The translations under genes were made by a program, and so were the position numbers. The notes beneath the pieces are model-generated. The model did not search any database and was not told where the DNA came from. It was given only the letters and a program-made list of their open reading frames with translations. From Stegostoma tigrinum (taxonomy: Eukaryota), in the NCBI RefSeq assembly GCF_030684315.1, contig NC_081397.1, positions 8,866,001 to 8,930,000 of the forward strand: 64,000 nt of DNA, read 5' to 3'. Below are positions 1 through 12,660 of the stretch, piece after piece; position 1 is the stretch's first letter, and every line of letters begins with the position of its first letter.

Positions 1-330
1 GTCTCTCTGTGGATTTGTGATTGCAGTTCTAAGTTTGTAGCTGTCACTTGATGCTCTGTGAAATTGGGAGTGTTATCATCAATATATTCCTGCCAGTTTC
101 AGTCTCTGTGAAAGCGAGTACATCAATGAATATATGCATGATAGTTTCTATTATGTGACGATGTGAACATTTTTAATCAACCTTTTACTTGCAGTTTCTG
201 AAGTATCAATATGGTCAAATACTATTTTTTTCGTCTGACCCTACAATACGAATGTGTGAGGTTAGGTATCCATGCGTACTGGTCACTTTCTACTCCTTAA
301 AGTGGATTAGGTTTCAGGCAGCCAAAAATA
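1..330 (-). repeat. Degenerate ~49-bp tandem repeat array (reverse orientation)
   Basis: Recurrent variants of the reverse complement of GCAGAAACTGACAGGTACAGATTGATAACTACACTCACACATTCACACA. Confidence 0.6.
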
Positions 331-659
331 TTATCCGTGGAAGCGTGATTCATTATGTGGAGTTGATATCAGAGTAATTCTATGCAGATTTTCTTCAAGT
401 CCTGAGGGTATACTTTGGATAAGGATTCAGTCTACCCATCTTCAAAAATGGTGTAAATGTCAATGGGTTATGTTAGGTGAAATCTGTTTGAACTGGGTAT
501 TTTGAATGGAGAGAGAAGCAAAATAAAGTGGCATTCCTCCGTGTTGTTTTATTGTCGGTTTGAACGTGTCTGACTGGAAATTAAAGTTCAACGGTGTCTG
601 ACTCAATCTGCTCCGTGACTGTGGAAAGGATGTTCTCTGCTGTGACAGTGGGAACATAC

Positions 660-741
660 CTGCTGTTTGTTAGGACGAGCTGGTCACAATTGGCTTTGTA
701 CTGAAGAAATGATACATTGCCTTGTTCCTTCAAGCGTTTGT
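660..741 (-). other. Putative 82-nt exon, copy A of the repeated spliced unit
   Basis: On the - strand: ttccttcctgcag|ACAAACGCTTG...AAACAGCAG|gtatgt. Homologous to six other copies. Confidence 0.6.
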
Positions 742-762
742 CTGCAGGAAGGAAAAAACAGA

Positions 763-2531
763 TAGCTCCTGTAAACCGTCATCAGATGGGTTTGAAAACA
801 TTTAACTGATCAATTCAACATTTCGCTAATAAACATTCAGATATTTAAATTATCACCAGGAATTCGAACAGAACTGTGGGCCTGATTGCACTCTTGCCCT
901 GAGCTGCACTACATTTGATCAATTTTGAAAAATTCAACTCTGAGTGATGCACAGAAAGTAACCAACCCCCGTACAGCTCCATGACTGGAACTACCTAATG
1001 CAAGCTTGTCTGTGCATATGAGTTTAGTTACTGATCCATTCATGTCATTTCATTCATCTCAATCTCTACATTTTTATAATGTGTGCATACATTTATCAAA
1101 TCATGACAACTTCAAACACACATGCCTGACAAATGAGAAAAACCAAGGAACTGCAGATGCTGGAAATCAGCAACAAAAGTAGAAATTGCTGCAAAATCTC
1201 AGCAAGTCTATCAGCATATGAGTATGGAAATGAATGTTCTGAAGTTGAACCTCTGTTCTGAGGAAGTGTGACGGGACCTGTATTATTACTTGCTTTGTTT
1301 CCACGTGGATGGACTGACAGGTACAGGTACTGACTGACTCAGAACTAGTTCAAAATACAGACATCATAACTAAAGATGTGATCCAAGGACTAACAGCTAT
1401 GGAGTTCCATTTAAACTCCAGCAACAGATACATGATCTATACAAAATTATTATCACTCACACATATCTAGTCATAGACAACAACAGCACAGCAAACAGTC
1501 CTGTCTCTCCAAGCCAGCAATGATAGAAACAACAAGCCAATAATTACATCCATTCAGCCAGCATTCAATTTCCATAAATGTATCACGGTGGCAGGGGAAC
1601 TACCATCTCCACCTTTATCGCAGGATTGTTCTCAAATTCTTCATCTTGTGGAACTAGAATTTTTTTGTTCTGTTGTACGCTAGAAGATTTTATAATCATG
1701 GACATTTATTTAAAAAAATAATAATTTAAATCATAACTGGCTCTCCACTTCACATGAAACATTTAAAATGCTCAGTTTTCGAATGCAGGAAGATTGAAGG
1801 ATCAATGGAGTGTGGCTGTCCGTCTTGTTCCATAACAACGGTTCTTTTCAAAAAAAAATCTCATTATCTAAAACCTGGGTACTCACCCAATGGTCCTCAG
1901 TATTAAATTTTAGTTTCCAAATTCTTCACAAAATAATTTGGCTCTCCTCTTTTGATGGTCTGTCACATATGGACCAAGTTCTGAAGGATAATAGAATGAA
2001 ACCTGCAGGGCTATGGGATGTGTGCAGGAAGGTGTGATTGTGATGGCCATCTGGGGGTGTTTGGGTCAGCATGGACATGATGCACCAAATGACCTCCTTC
2101 TGTTCTGTACCATTTTTACAATGATTGATTGGTCTAGACCAATGTTTCCCTGTCAGTCTCTGCTGTGTAATACAGAAGTAATTTGCCAAAGATTTAGAGG
2201 GACACATTGATAACTACACACACACATTCAACAGGTAGCAACTGACATGCATGGATCAGTAACTAAACACATATGCACAGACAAGCTTGCATTAGGTAGT
2301 TCCAGTCATGGAGCTGTACGGGTGTTGGTTACTTTCTGTGCATCACTCAATTAGAGTTGAAGTTTTTAAAATTGATCAAATGTAGTGCAGCTCAGGGCAA
2401 GAGTGCAATCAGACCCACAGTTCTGTTAGAATTCCTGGTGATAATCTAAATATCTGAATGCTTATTAGCTAGATGTTGAATTGATCAGTTAAATGTTTTC
2501 AAACCCATCTGATGACGGTTTACAGGAGCTG
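763..2531. repeat. ~285-bp inverted repeat pair (763-1047 and 2243-2531) flanking a locally inverted segment
   Basis: The reverse complement of 763-1047 matches 2243-2531 with few mismatches (e.g. GCTTGCATTAGGTAGTTCCAGTCATGGAGCTGTACGG). Confidence 0.9.
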
Positions 2532-2544
2532 TTTTTTTTTGTGT

Positions 2545-3390
2545 CAGTTTTTGCTGCATGCCAGCATGAGCATATTTACCAATCTGTAACTTTCAGTTTC
2601 TCCCGTGTGTATCTGACAGTGTAGTTATAAATCTGTTATAACAAGGCACAGAGCTGGATGAACACAGCATGCTAAGCAGCATCAGAGGAACAGGAAAGCT
2701 GATGTTTCGGGCCTGGGCCCTTCTTCAGAAAGTTGTAGAGGTGTGAATACACTTATCATAGTTTGCCCGTCAGTTTCAGGGGTGTGTGTGTGTGTGTGTC
2801 AATGAATGAAGTTGTCAATCTGTCCCTGTCAGTATCTGAAATCAGAATATTCAAATGTGTTTGTGTAATTGTCAGTCTATCCCTGATACATTCATGGAGC
2901 AGAAACTGAGGTTTTGTTTTCAATATATTCCTGTCAGTTTCTGCTTGGGGAATGTGTGAGCATTTTTATAAACCTGTACCTAGCAGTTTCTGTATCATCA
3001 AGACAGGAATTTAGTTATTAATCTGTACCTGTTAACTTTGGATTTGTGAAGAACTGGGTGTAGCTATTGATCTGTATTTGTCAGTAGCTGCTCGTGAAGA
3101 TGTGATTGTAATTATCAAACTGTCCCTCTCAGTTTCTGCTGTGTCATATGTGAGTTTAGTTGTCAATCAATACCCATCCATTCCTGCGTCATGAATGTGG
3201 GAGTGCATTGCAAAAAAAATGTCAAATTTCTGTGAATGTGCAAATATAGATCACAATCTCTACATTTTCATAATGTGTGCATATATTTATCAATCTGTAC
3301 CTGTCAGTTATTTTGCATTCTGAATGTGTGCATAATTGTCATTGTCCCTGTCGTTTTCTGATACGTGAAGACAAGAGTGTAGTTATCGAT
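2545..3390 (-). repeat. Degenerate ~49-bp tandem repeat array (reverse orientation), continuing at 4460-4680 after a CR1 insertion
   Basis: Repeated 'tatcaatctgtacctgtcagtttctgc' variants. Contains a PLE-terminus fragment (2636-2730) and (GT)n at 2782-2799. Confidence 0.75.
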
Positions 3391-4456
3391 ATACAAAGAA
3401 TAAAGAGAACAAAGAAAATTACAGCACAGGAAAATACCCTTCCGCCCTCCAAGCCTATGCCGATCGAGATCCTCTGTCTAACCTGTCATCTATTTTCTAA
3501 GGGTCTGTGTCCCTTTGCTCCCTGCCCATCCAGATACCTGTCCAAATAGATCTCAAAAAATGCTAATGTGTCTGCATCTACTACCTCCACTGGCAACGCA
3601 TTCGAGGCACCCGTCACCCTCTGTATAAAGAACTTTCCACACATATCTCCCTTAACCTTTCATCCTCTCACTTTGAACTCAGGACCCATAGTAATTGAGT
3701 CCCCCACACTGGGAAAAAGCTTCTTGCTATCCACCCTGTCTATATCCCTCATGATTTTGTAGACCTCATTCAGATCCCCGCCTCACTCTCCGTCTTTCTA
3801 ATGAAAATAATCCTAATCTACTCAACCTCTCTTCATAGCCAGCACCCTCCATACCAGGCAACATCCTGGTAAACCTCCCCTGCACCCTCTCCAAACAGTC
3901 CACATCCTGTTGGTGATGTGGCGACCAGAACTGTACACAGTATTCTAAATGTGGCCGAACTAATGTCTGATACAACTGTAACATGACCTGCCAACTCTTG
4001 TACTCAATACCCCGTCCGATGAAGGAAAGCATGCCATATGCCTTCTTGACCACACTATTGACCTGCGTTGCCACCTTCAGGGAACAAAGGACCTGAACAC
4101 CCAGATCTCTCTGTTCATCAATTTTCCCTAGGACTCTTCCATTTACTGTATAGTACACCCTTGAATTAAATCTTCCAAAATGCATCACCTCGCATTTGCA
4201 CGGATTGAACTCCATCTGCCCAACTCTCCAGTCTATTTATATTCTGCTGTCATCTCTGACAGTCCCCTTCACTATCTGCTACTCCACCAATCTTAATGTC
4301 ATCTGCAAACTTGCTGCACAGACCACCTACACCTTCCTCCAGATCATTTATGTATATCACAAACAACAGTGGTCCCAGCACAGATCCCTGTGGAACACGA
4401 CCGGTCACAGGTCTCCAATTTGAGAAACTCCCTTCTACTGCTACTCTCTGCCTCAA
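3391..4456 (-). mobile_element. CR1-type LINE, 5'-truncated (RT C-terminal half and 3' UTR)
   Basis: ORFs 4250-4456 (VPQGSVLGPLLF...KFADD) and 3766-4215 (KCEVMHFG...LVRPHLEYCVQFWSP); simple-repeat tail near 3391-3420. Confidence 0.92.
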
Positions 4457-6139
4457 TGATATGTGATTGTCACTTTCTTCTCTCTGGCTGAGAGAGTATT
4501 TTCTCTCATTTCTGCCAGTCAGATCCTGCCCTGTAAATCTGAGAAACTAATTATTAAGCTATACCTGTCGCTATCTGATTTGTAAATGCATTTATCATTC
4601 TCTCCCTGTCAAGTTTCTGCTGTGTAAATGTGCAAGTGAAGTTATCGATCTGTGACTGTCAGTTTCAGCTGAATATTGCTCTTTCAACATCTGCAGGTTT
4701 TCTTTGATGTTCAAATATCTGCTCATTAACATGAATAAGATTTTATCTGCAGCTATGTAAGGTGCTGTAAGTGAAACCGTCAGCGTTTATACCATTCGCT
4801 AACTCTAGCAGTGCGGCTGAAGTTTGAGTATGTTCCACAATATTCATTCTATGGTACAGTTTAAGTTTTATTCTAATATTGGTCAGTCTCTGGTTTGAAT
4901 GTGTTGAGTTTAATGTGCACATTTTTGTTGCAAGTTCACTGTACGAATCATTCTTAATTGTAAGTCAAAAAACTTGGTATCTGCTTGAACATATGTTATT
5001 TTCTGCCTGTTTTCAGGTCAATATTTAATTTCCTTCAGGTAGATTTAAAACTTTATATTCGGCAGTGGGTTCTGCTATTCAGTTTGTGGGGTAAACAAAT
5101 TCAATGGCAATATAGGTTTCAATCTGTCACTTGTCCTGATATGCAATTCCTCCAGTTTGTACAAAAGGAAAAAAAAACTTTAGTTACCTCTCTCAGTCTA
5201 AGACACCGTTCGATATTTGGAGGTACAATGAATCTCTTGTTCAATCTACTACTTGGACTACTTCATGGGAATTCAGTATGTCAAAAAATTCACACAATTT
5301 TTTTTGATGATGTCGCAAACAATTGATACTTAATTTATGACCATGGCCATTACCATGTAGTTAAATCCTACAGGGAGTGCATGGAGATTGGAGAACTGAG
5401 CTCACTTTTTGTTCTGTTTGTCTCTTTCATAGAAGGCTAGCTCTCTGACCTGAAATCTGAGAGTAGAAATCATTTTTAGTGTTACATGTGCTGAGGCTTG
5501 AAGTGTACATGGTCTTCATGGCTATTAGATGTTGAGGAATGTGTGTTGGAACGGTGCATGTATGTATTTGGAATACATTGTAAATCACTCAGTAAGTCGG
5601 TGCGTGTGTGCGCGCGCGCATGTGCAGTTTATGTTATGTGCTCTCAGTAACCATTTTATGTCACACATTTGGAAGTCACATTATTTAATTCTTCTCTCTA
5701 TGCATGGGACATCAATTTGTCAAAACATAGACACCGTCCTGCTCAGTTACTGATAACGTGAATGTTTTCTTCCATATCTGTACTCACACTGTGCGAAGTA
5801 ACTATGTAACTGCATGAACTATTTCTTCACCTTGACAGTAACTTGAAAAACATGCTTACTAAATGCAGATTTAGTGCAGTTCCTCGGTGTCCGTCTCAGA
5901 TGAAGATTCAGTCTGTGACTTTTCAAAAATGTTGTAAATATCAGTAGGCTATGAATGAAGAAAATTATAGCAACCGAGGAGGGGTGCATTGGGAAGAGAG
6001 AAAACAAACTACTTGTATTTTGTTGCTTGTATTTGACTGTTGGCTTGAATGCATTTCTCTGGAAATTGAGATCACCGTGTCTCTGACTCAAACTGCTCTA
6101 CGCCTGTGGAAATGATCCATTCTGACAGCGGTAACATAC

Positions 6140-6221
6140 CTGCTGTTTGTGAGAAGCAGCTGCTCACACTTGGCTTTGCACCAAGGAAATGATACACTGT
6201 CTTGGTCCTTCATGTATTTGC
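6140..6221 (-). other. Putative 82-nt exon, copy B
   Basis: On the - strand: ctcttctgttttcatccag|GCAAATACATG...AAACAGCAG|gtatgt. Confidence 0.6.
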
Positions 6222-8699
6222 CTGGATGAAAACAGAAGAGAAACATTCTGTAAATCAGCATCAGCCAGGTTTGACAATCTCAAACAGATTAACGTACATT
6301 CAGTTGATAATTATTAGGATGTTTCTTTTCTTCAACTTCACCTGACAATGCAGCAGAGCTCCAAAAGCTTGAGATTTTAAAATAAACCTATTGGACTATA
6401 ACACAAATCATGAGACTTCTGCCTTTTCTTTGAAGCCATCAATTCAAACACAGGTCTAACTCAGCGAGGTCCAGAAACTGAACAATTGCACAGCTGCATC
6501 TAAAGGTGCTACCTGAGGATGCTGTAATATTGACACAGTTTGTGTTACCAGATCCCAACACACTAACTGTTGTAAAGAAGCACAACAGACACTATTTCAA
6601 ATGTTTTTGCTCGAGACATATAATCCATTGACTCCAATCTGCGTCCTTTACAGGATTCTTATATTTCCACCATCTTGTCTGTGTTTCCACTATTCTTTGC
6701 ACAATGACGATAAACAGTGTGAAACAGTAGCCAAACAAGCAGCATTTGGGGCAGGGCCACCAATGGCATGGACTGCTTTTCCCAATAATTCCCAACAACA
6801 AACATCAATGGGTCATTCCCTAACTCCCTTCTCTCCCACTGTGAAGAAAGCAACTGGGGCTGTGGGGAAAAGGGCAGAGAATGCTTCAACCTGAGGCGTC
6901 GGCCCTTTGTGGAGCAATAATAGAGCTCTTCCCCAGGTCATGTTAATAACTCCCTGCCTCCAGCTCTCTCAGAATTGAATGAGCAATGTTCGGGCTGCCC
7001 AAGTCTAAGAGACACCGAATGGCTGGCAGCTAAGCTGTTCCTCTAGCCCTGCTGCCTATGACTGACACGTGGTTAAACAGAACGAATGAAGAAAGCCTGC
7101 TCCAGCATTTAACAAAGACACAATGGTACTTTGGAGAAGAGGTTATTCCGAGGCAAAAGGGAGCATTGCACAAACAACAGCTGCAAGATTTGTTGGAGAC
7201 AGTTTGAAGGTTTGCAACAAAGATTGAAGGGGACAGTAAATTCTGCAAGAAACAAACAGTTGAACTCATGGGATTATGGCTCATAAAAAAATCTACAGAA
7301 TCAAACAAGTTCATTAAAATTGATAAGCAATTGACTTCAGTCCCTTTAATGAAAGGATGTTGTCCCATTAGATGAATATAGTTAGTTAGGACAAGGGGTG
7401 TCAATCATCCCAAAGACAGCTGGCCTAGCTAATCATGAAAACAGCAGATAACTCCATCTTGCAGCAATATTCACGCTATTAAGAAATTGGTTCCAGTTAA
7501 AGATCCTTCAGATGGATTTCAATGTAATTCTAAATCTATATATAAGCATTAGGGGAGAAGATTCAAACATGGGTATGAAAGTTAATTAGTCACCAGAAGG
7601 TTTCCTATGTCACTAAAGGAATGCCTGGTGCATCCAATAAGAAGCAAATGGCTCACAATTCATTAGCTCCAACAGAGCTAAGAGTAGGGTAAGCATAATG
7701 CTTTAAATAAAACTCACTTTATAATACAATTAATATCATGAATCTCACAGCAAGTCGTAAGAATCAACTCAGCAATAGTAAGCCCTGCCAATGCTGCAGT
7801 TGGAGATAACACAATGTGGAGCTGGAGGAACACAGCAGGCCAGGCAGCATCAGAGGTGCAGGAAAGTTTAAGTTGTGGGTCAGGACTCTTCTTCAGGAGC
7901 ATCAACTTTCCTGATACTCTGATGCTGCCTGGCCTCCTAGTAGGAGTCAACTGTCTGTTTTATTATAATTCAGACAGTGGGAAAATAAGAGGAGTAACAG
8001 AATTTAATAGAGACACAAAATTAATACAATTGACAGCAGAATTCAAGCTAGCCTGATAGGTAAGCGATTCTGGGGCATGACTGAAGGTGTACGGCCAGTA
8101 ACTTTGAAAAGCGAATTAATAGATGCATGGAAAGATCCCATGGCCTGGTGATTACATTGTCTGTTAAACATTATCAGATTGTGGCGACTCTTGGCCTGGC
8201 TAATAGAGGGCCCATCTTCAATTAGGAGTTTCAAAGGATTCGTTGTATAGAATAAGGGGAAAGGCACAGTGATCCCATTGCATTGAATCACTGCAACAAA
8301 ATGTATAATACTGTATTCCACTGTGAGAATCAGAGTCATCAATCGCTTTCCAATCTGAGCTAAAAATTAATGATGTAACTGCATCTTCAAGAGGGGTGGC
8401 TATGGCCCTCTCCCCGCATGATCTCGTGACTGGTTGACGAAATACTGCCACGGGCCTGAATTCCGCCTGCCCCGAGTCTTTGTCCTCGGTCTGGAGTTTC
8501 ACTCCTGCAGGGAATCAAAGAAGTGGATTGAAAATTTGGCCCATTCAATTTGCTCCACTGTTCAATGACAATATCTGATCCAAGTGAGCCGTTATCTGTA
8601 GTATTAATTCACCTTGACCTTCGTCCCATAAATATTAATTCAATGTTGAAAGAACATACAGAGAAATGAAAGAAATGGGACATTCTCACTGAAGCAACA

Positions 8700-9080
8700 C
8701 ATAAGTATTGGATGACACCCTGTGTCACAGTGGTATCTAGGTGGAAGTGGTCGTGGGCTTGGAAGGCACTGTCTATGGAGCATTGGTGAATTCCAGCTGT
8801 GCATCTTCTGGAAGGTACACATTGCTGCTTGAGTATTGGTGTCTGAGGGAATGGACGTTTGCGGATGTGGAGCCAATCAAGTGTTTCTCTCCTGGATGGT
8901 ATCTTGCTTCTGGTGTGTTTGTGGAGCTGCACTCATCCGGGTAAGTGGGGCTAAACCATCACATTCCTGACTTGATCACATGAGATGTTGGACAGGATTT
9001 GGGGAAGCAGGAGACCAGACACTCACTGCAGGATACCCAGACTCTGACTTGTCCTTGCAGTATCTGTATTTATGTACAGA
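8700..9080 (-). mobile_element. Old LINE 3'-region fragment (CR1/L2-like)
   Basis: Resembles, from memory, a common shark LINE 3' region; a related fragment lies at 13200-13510. No intact ORF. Confidence 0.4.
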
Positions 9081-9089
9081 ATCAGTTCG

Positions 9090-9845
9090 AGCATCACAGC
9101 GTCCATGAGTGAAACAGAATGGGAACAGACCCTTTCATCCAACTGGTCTGCAATAGATTAACATCCCAATCTGACCTCGTCCCATTTGCCAGCATTTTGC
9201 ACATATCCCTCTCATGTCGACCTGTTCATCTACCCGTCCAATGGTGTTTAAAACTTATCATTGTACCCTCCACAAGGCGTACCTCTGTCAGCTTGTTCCA
9301 GACATGCCCCACACTCTGCACTAAAGAAATCTCCCTCAGGTCTCTTTTAACATTGACCCTCTCACTGTAAACCTATGCCCTTAAGGTTTCGGCTCCACCA
9401 CCCGAGAAAAAGAGACCATGGCTATTCACCCTATCCATGCCCCTCATGACTTTATAAACCTCTACAAGGTCACCCCTCGGTCTCTGACGCTGCAGGGGAG
9501 AAAGCCCGAGCCTGTTCACCCTCTCCAAACAGTTCACACCATCTGGTCCAGCTAACATCTCTGTAAATATTTGCTGCGCCCTCTCCAGTTCAACAACTTC
9601 CTTCCGACAGCAGTTTGGCCAGAACTTTAAGCAGTAAAAGTGGACCCAAAACATTTCCTGTACAGCCACAACATGACATCTCAACTCCTATTCTCAATGC
9701 ACTGACCAATGAAGGCAAACACTTGCTTCACCACCTTATCTACTTGCGACTCCACTTTCAATGAACTACGCACACAAACACCTTGGCGTCTTTGTTGGGG
9801 AACACTTCCCACGGCCCTCCTATTAACTGTCAAACCCCTCTCCTG
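9090..9845 (-). mobile_element. Decayed CR1 LINE 3' fragment
   Basis: ORF 9373-9684: LERAQQIFTEML...RLGL...RGDLVEVYKVMRGMDRV. Confidence 0.85.
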
Positions 9846-9849
9846 TTTT

Positions 9850-10130
9850 GAACAATGAGAATGTGAGAGTTATTATCATTCTTTTCTTGTCAGTTACTGC
9901 AACGTGAACAAGAGCAACTATTAATGTATGCCTTTCCGTTTCTGTTATGTCCATTTGTGAGTTTAGTAATTGTTGCAAACACCAGTTTTTGCTGTGTGAC
10001 TGTGAGAGTGAAGTTCTCAATCCAAAATAATCAATTTCTACTCTTGTGCATCAAAATAGTTTTATTCTCTGGCTACCAGTGATATTCTGTGACTGTGCTT
10101 CAATCTGAGAGAATAGTTATGAGGGCGTAG
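9850..10130 (-). repeat. Degenerate ~49-bp repeat array (reverse orientation)
   Basis: Same unit as the other arrays, strongly diverged. Confidence 0.55.
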
Positions 10131-10669
10131 AGAGTGAGCCTTAACCCCATTTCCATTTGCAGTTTATGAGCTTTCTGTCAGTCTGAGGGGGTAAGGAGGT
10201 GGAGAGCAGATTATATTCCCAACAATTTGTGGAAACAGTTGAAGAGTACAAATGTTCTAGAGCAAGCACAATGGGCTGAATGGCCTGCTTCTGACATGTA
10301 CTTGGTCTGTATTTCTGAGGCATTTTCATGAATCCAAGTGTTGGATAGTGCGTCAGTGTAAAGATATCATGTAGAAATGGACAGACAAGCTTATTTTTCT
10401 TTTAAAAAAAGCTGGCCCTGTGAGTCAGTGTAGGCTGTTTCCAGTTTTACTGAGATACTTAGTTTCACTTTGTACTGGGATATTGAGTTTTTTTTCATTT
10501 ATTTATTTGGAGAATTTTATTCTGTATCTGACAGACCACGCTGCATTCTCTACTTGTCAGGCTTTGGCAGAGAAAGTGCATTTGCATTTCACATTATTTA
10601 ATTTCTGTGTCTTTGTATGGGACATCATTCATCAAAAGATAATTTTAGTCCTAAATAAAAACTCAAAAA

Positions 10670-11185
10670 ACTTCAGGTGCTGCAAGTCAGAAACAAACAT
10701 GGAATTTGCTGGAAACGCAAAGCAGGTCTGGCAGCACGTGAAGAGAAATCATGGTTAACTTTTCAAACACTTCCTCAGTTCTGCGCAAAGGTCACTGGAT
10801 CCGAAACATTAATTCTGATTTCTCTTCACGCATGCTGCCAGGCCTGCTGAGCTTTTCCAGAAAATTCTGTTTTTGTTTACTATTTCTGTCCTCAGTCACT
10901 GACAAACATCAAAAGTTTCCTTCCATATTTGTACTCAATACCTACTCCATATAATGGTCATTGTAACAACTTGATCTGTTTGTATCAGACTTAAATGGAA
11001 CTGCAGATGCTGGAGAATCCGAGATAACAAGGTGTGGAGCTGGATGAAGACAGCAGGCCAAGCAGCATCTCAGGGGCAGGAAAGCTGACATTTTGGGCCT
11101 AAACTTTTCATCAGAAACATCAGCTTTCCTGCTCCTATGATGCTGCTTGGCCTGTTGTGTTCATCCAGCTCTAAACCTTGTGATC
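10670..11185. mobile_element. Two short hairpin-shaped Penelope-terminus insertions (10670-10880 and 10995-11185)
   Basis: Each is made of two inverted partial copies of a PLE terminal repeat with a degenerate hammerhead-like core. Confidence 0.7.
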
Positions 11186-11506
11186 AGGTTGTATACCTGG
11201 ATTATAACTATAAAAATACCCTCGCTTAATGTGAATTCAATGTAGTTATTGAGAGTATATTTGTGACATAAATTCAATCTATTCTCTTCAAATGCTGTGA
11301 ATGACAATGGGCTGTCAAAGATAAACTTTACTGGAACTGGGTTAGTTTATATTGAGAAGAGGAAAAAAAAGGTTACATTTTGTATTTTGTTGGTGGCATT
11401 TGTTCGCTGGTTTAATTGTTTCTTTCTGGAAATTGCGTTCAATGCGAGTCTTACTTAAACCGCGACTGTGGAAAGCACAGTCTCCGCTCTGACAGTGGGA
11501 ACATAC

Positions 11507-11587
11507 CTGCTGTTAGTAGGAGCAGCTAGTCACACTTGGTGTTGCACCACGGAAACGTGACATTGTCTTGACACATCAGATAATTGC
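11507..11587 (-). other. Putative 81-nt exon, copy C
   Basis: On the - strand: tcttttgtctttctccag|GCAATTATCTG...TAACAGCAG|gtatgt. Confidence 0.6.
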
Positions 11588-11999
11588 CTGGAGAAAGACA
11601 AAAGAGAATTCTCCCGTAAATCGACATCTACCGAGTTTCAAAATATCAAAGCTCATCAATAGAAAATTTCGTGAATACTCATGATAATTCCTTGTTTTAA
11701 AGCCAACGAGTCGAACAGAAAAGGGTCCGGTTACACAACTAACCCGGGTTCCTCCTCTATCTTTTAGCGAAATTCTAAAACAATTTACTAAGATACAAAA
11801 GCTAACCAGATCCACGAATGGAATGCTTACACGGTTCAATATCCAGCTCCCAATACACGAACTATTGAAGGGAAGCACAACAGGCACGATTTCAAATATT
11901 TTGCTGGAAACTCTTAATCCGGTGACTGCTATGTTTCTCCTTCGCGGGATGAGCCCGTTTGCACACACTGCTTTGTTTTATTCACGGTTCAATGCAAAC

Positions 12000-12660
12000 T
12001 CGCAACTAACAGCGTGAAACAGCAGCCAAACAATGAATTTCCATCAGTGTTTAGAAGACTAAAAGCTACAAGCCTGACCCCCAGCAGCAGCTTCTTGCCG
12101 CTGCGTCTCCCTCAGCAGGCCCACACACAGCCCGAGAAAGGCCTCTCTCTCCCCGCCCCCAGGCCGCTCACTCCAAGTTCCGGGACCAGTTCCTGCTCCG
12201 CTCTCTGATAAAGGGTCTCGGCCCGAAACGTCAGCTTTTGTGCTCCTGAGATGCTGCTTGGCCTGCTGTGCTCATCCAGCCTCACATTTTATTATCCTGC
12301 TCCGCTCGGCCTCTTACCAACAGTCCCCGGGTCTCCCTGAACTGAGCCCGAATCAATGCCGGTCTCGGAGCCCACTCTGTGTCCCAGACTCACATCTCGA
12401 TGCGCTGCTGGAAGGAGCCTGCTGTTCCCTCGCTTCCCTGGGCGCTGGTCTCTCCATTGCGGCCTGTTTCAAACAAACCTCTTCCACTCACTGACTCAAT
12501 GCCCCTCAATAGCGGCTCAGCGGAAAGCTTCACGCATGCGCTCCTCTGGTCAGCAACAAGCAGCTTTTTCGGGGTGGGCATAGCAAGGATCACGCATGCG
12601 CTGCTTTCCCCGCTGTGTCCCAGAAACAAACATCAATTGGTTACTTCCCCAATTCCCTAT
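12000..12660 (-). promoter_or_regulatory. GC-rich promoter / first-exon module, copy 1
   Basis: NRF1-type CACGCATGCGCT at 12531-12542 and 12591-12602; AP-1 TGACTCA at 12492-12498; ATG in gcaATGG context (12457-12455); donor GAT|GTGAGT after 12394. Near-identical copies at 16.6-17.1 kb and 40.4-41.0 kb. Confidence 0.65.
12204..12294 (+). mobile_element. 91-bp solo Penelope-terminus insertion with 13-bp TSD
   Basis: TSD TCCTGCTCCGCTC at 12191-12203 and 12295-12307; the site is empty in the other two module copies. Confidence 0.9.
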
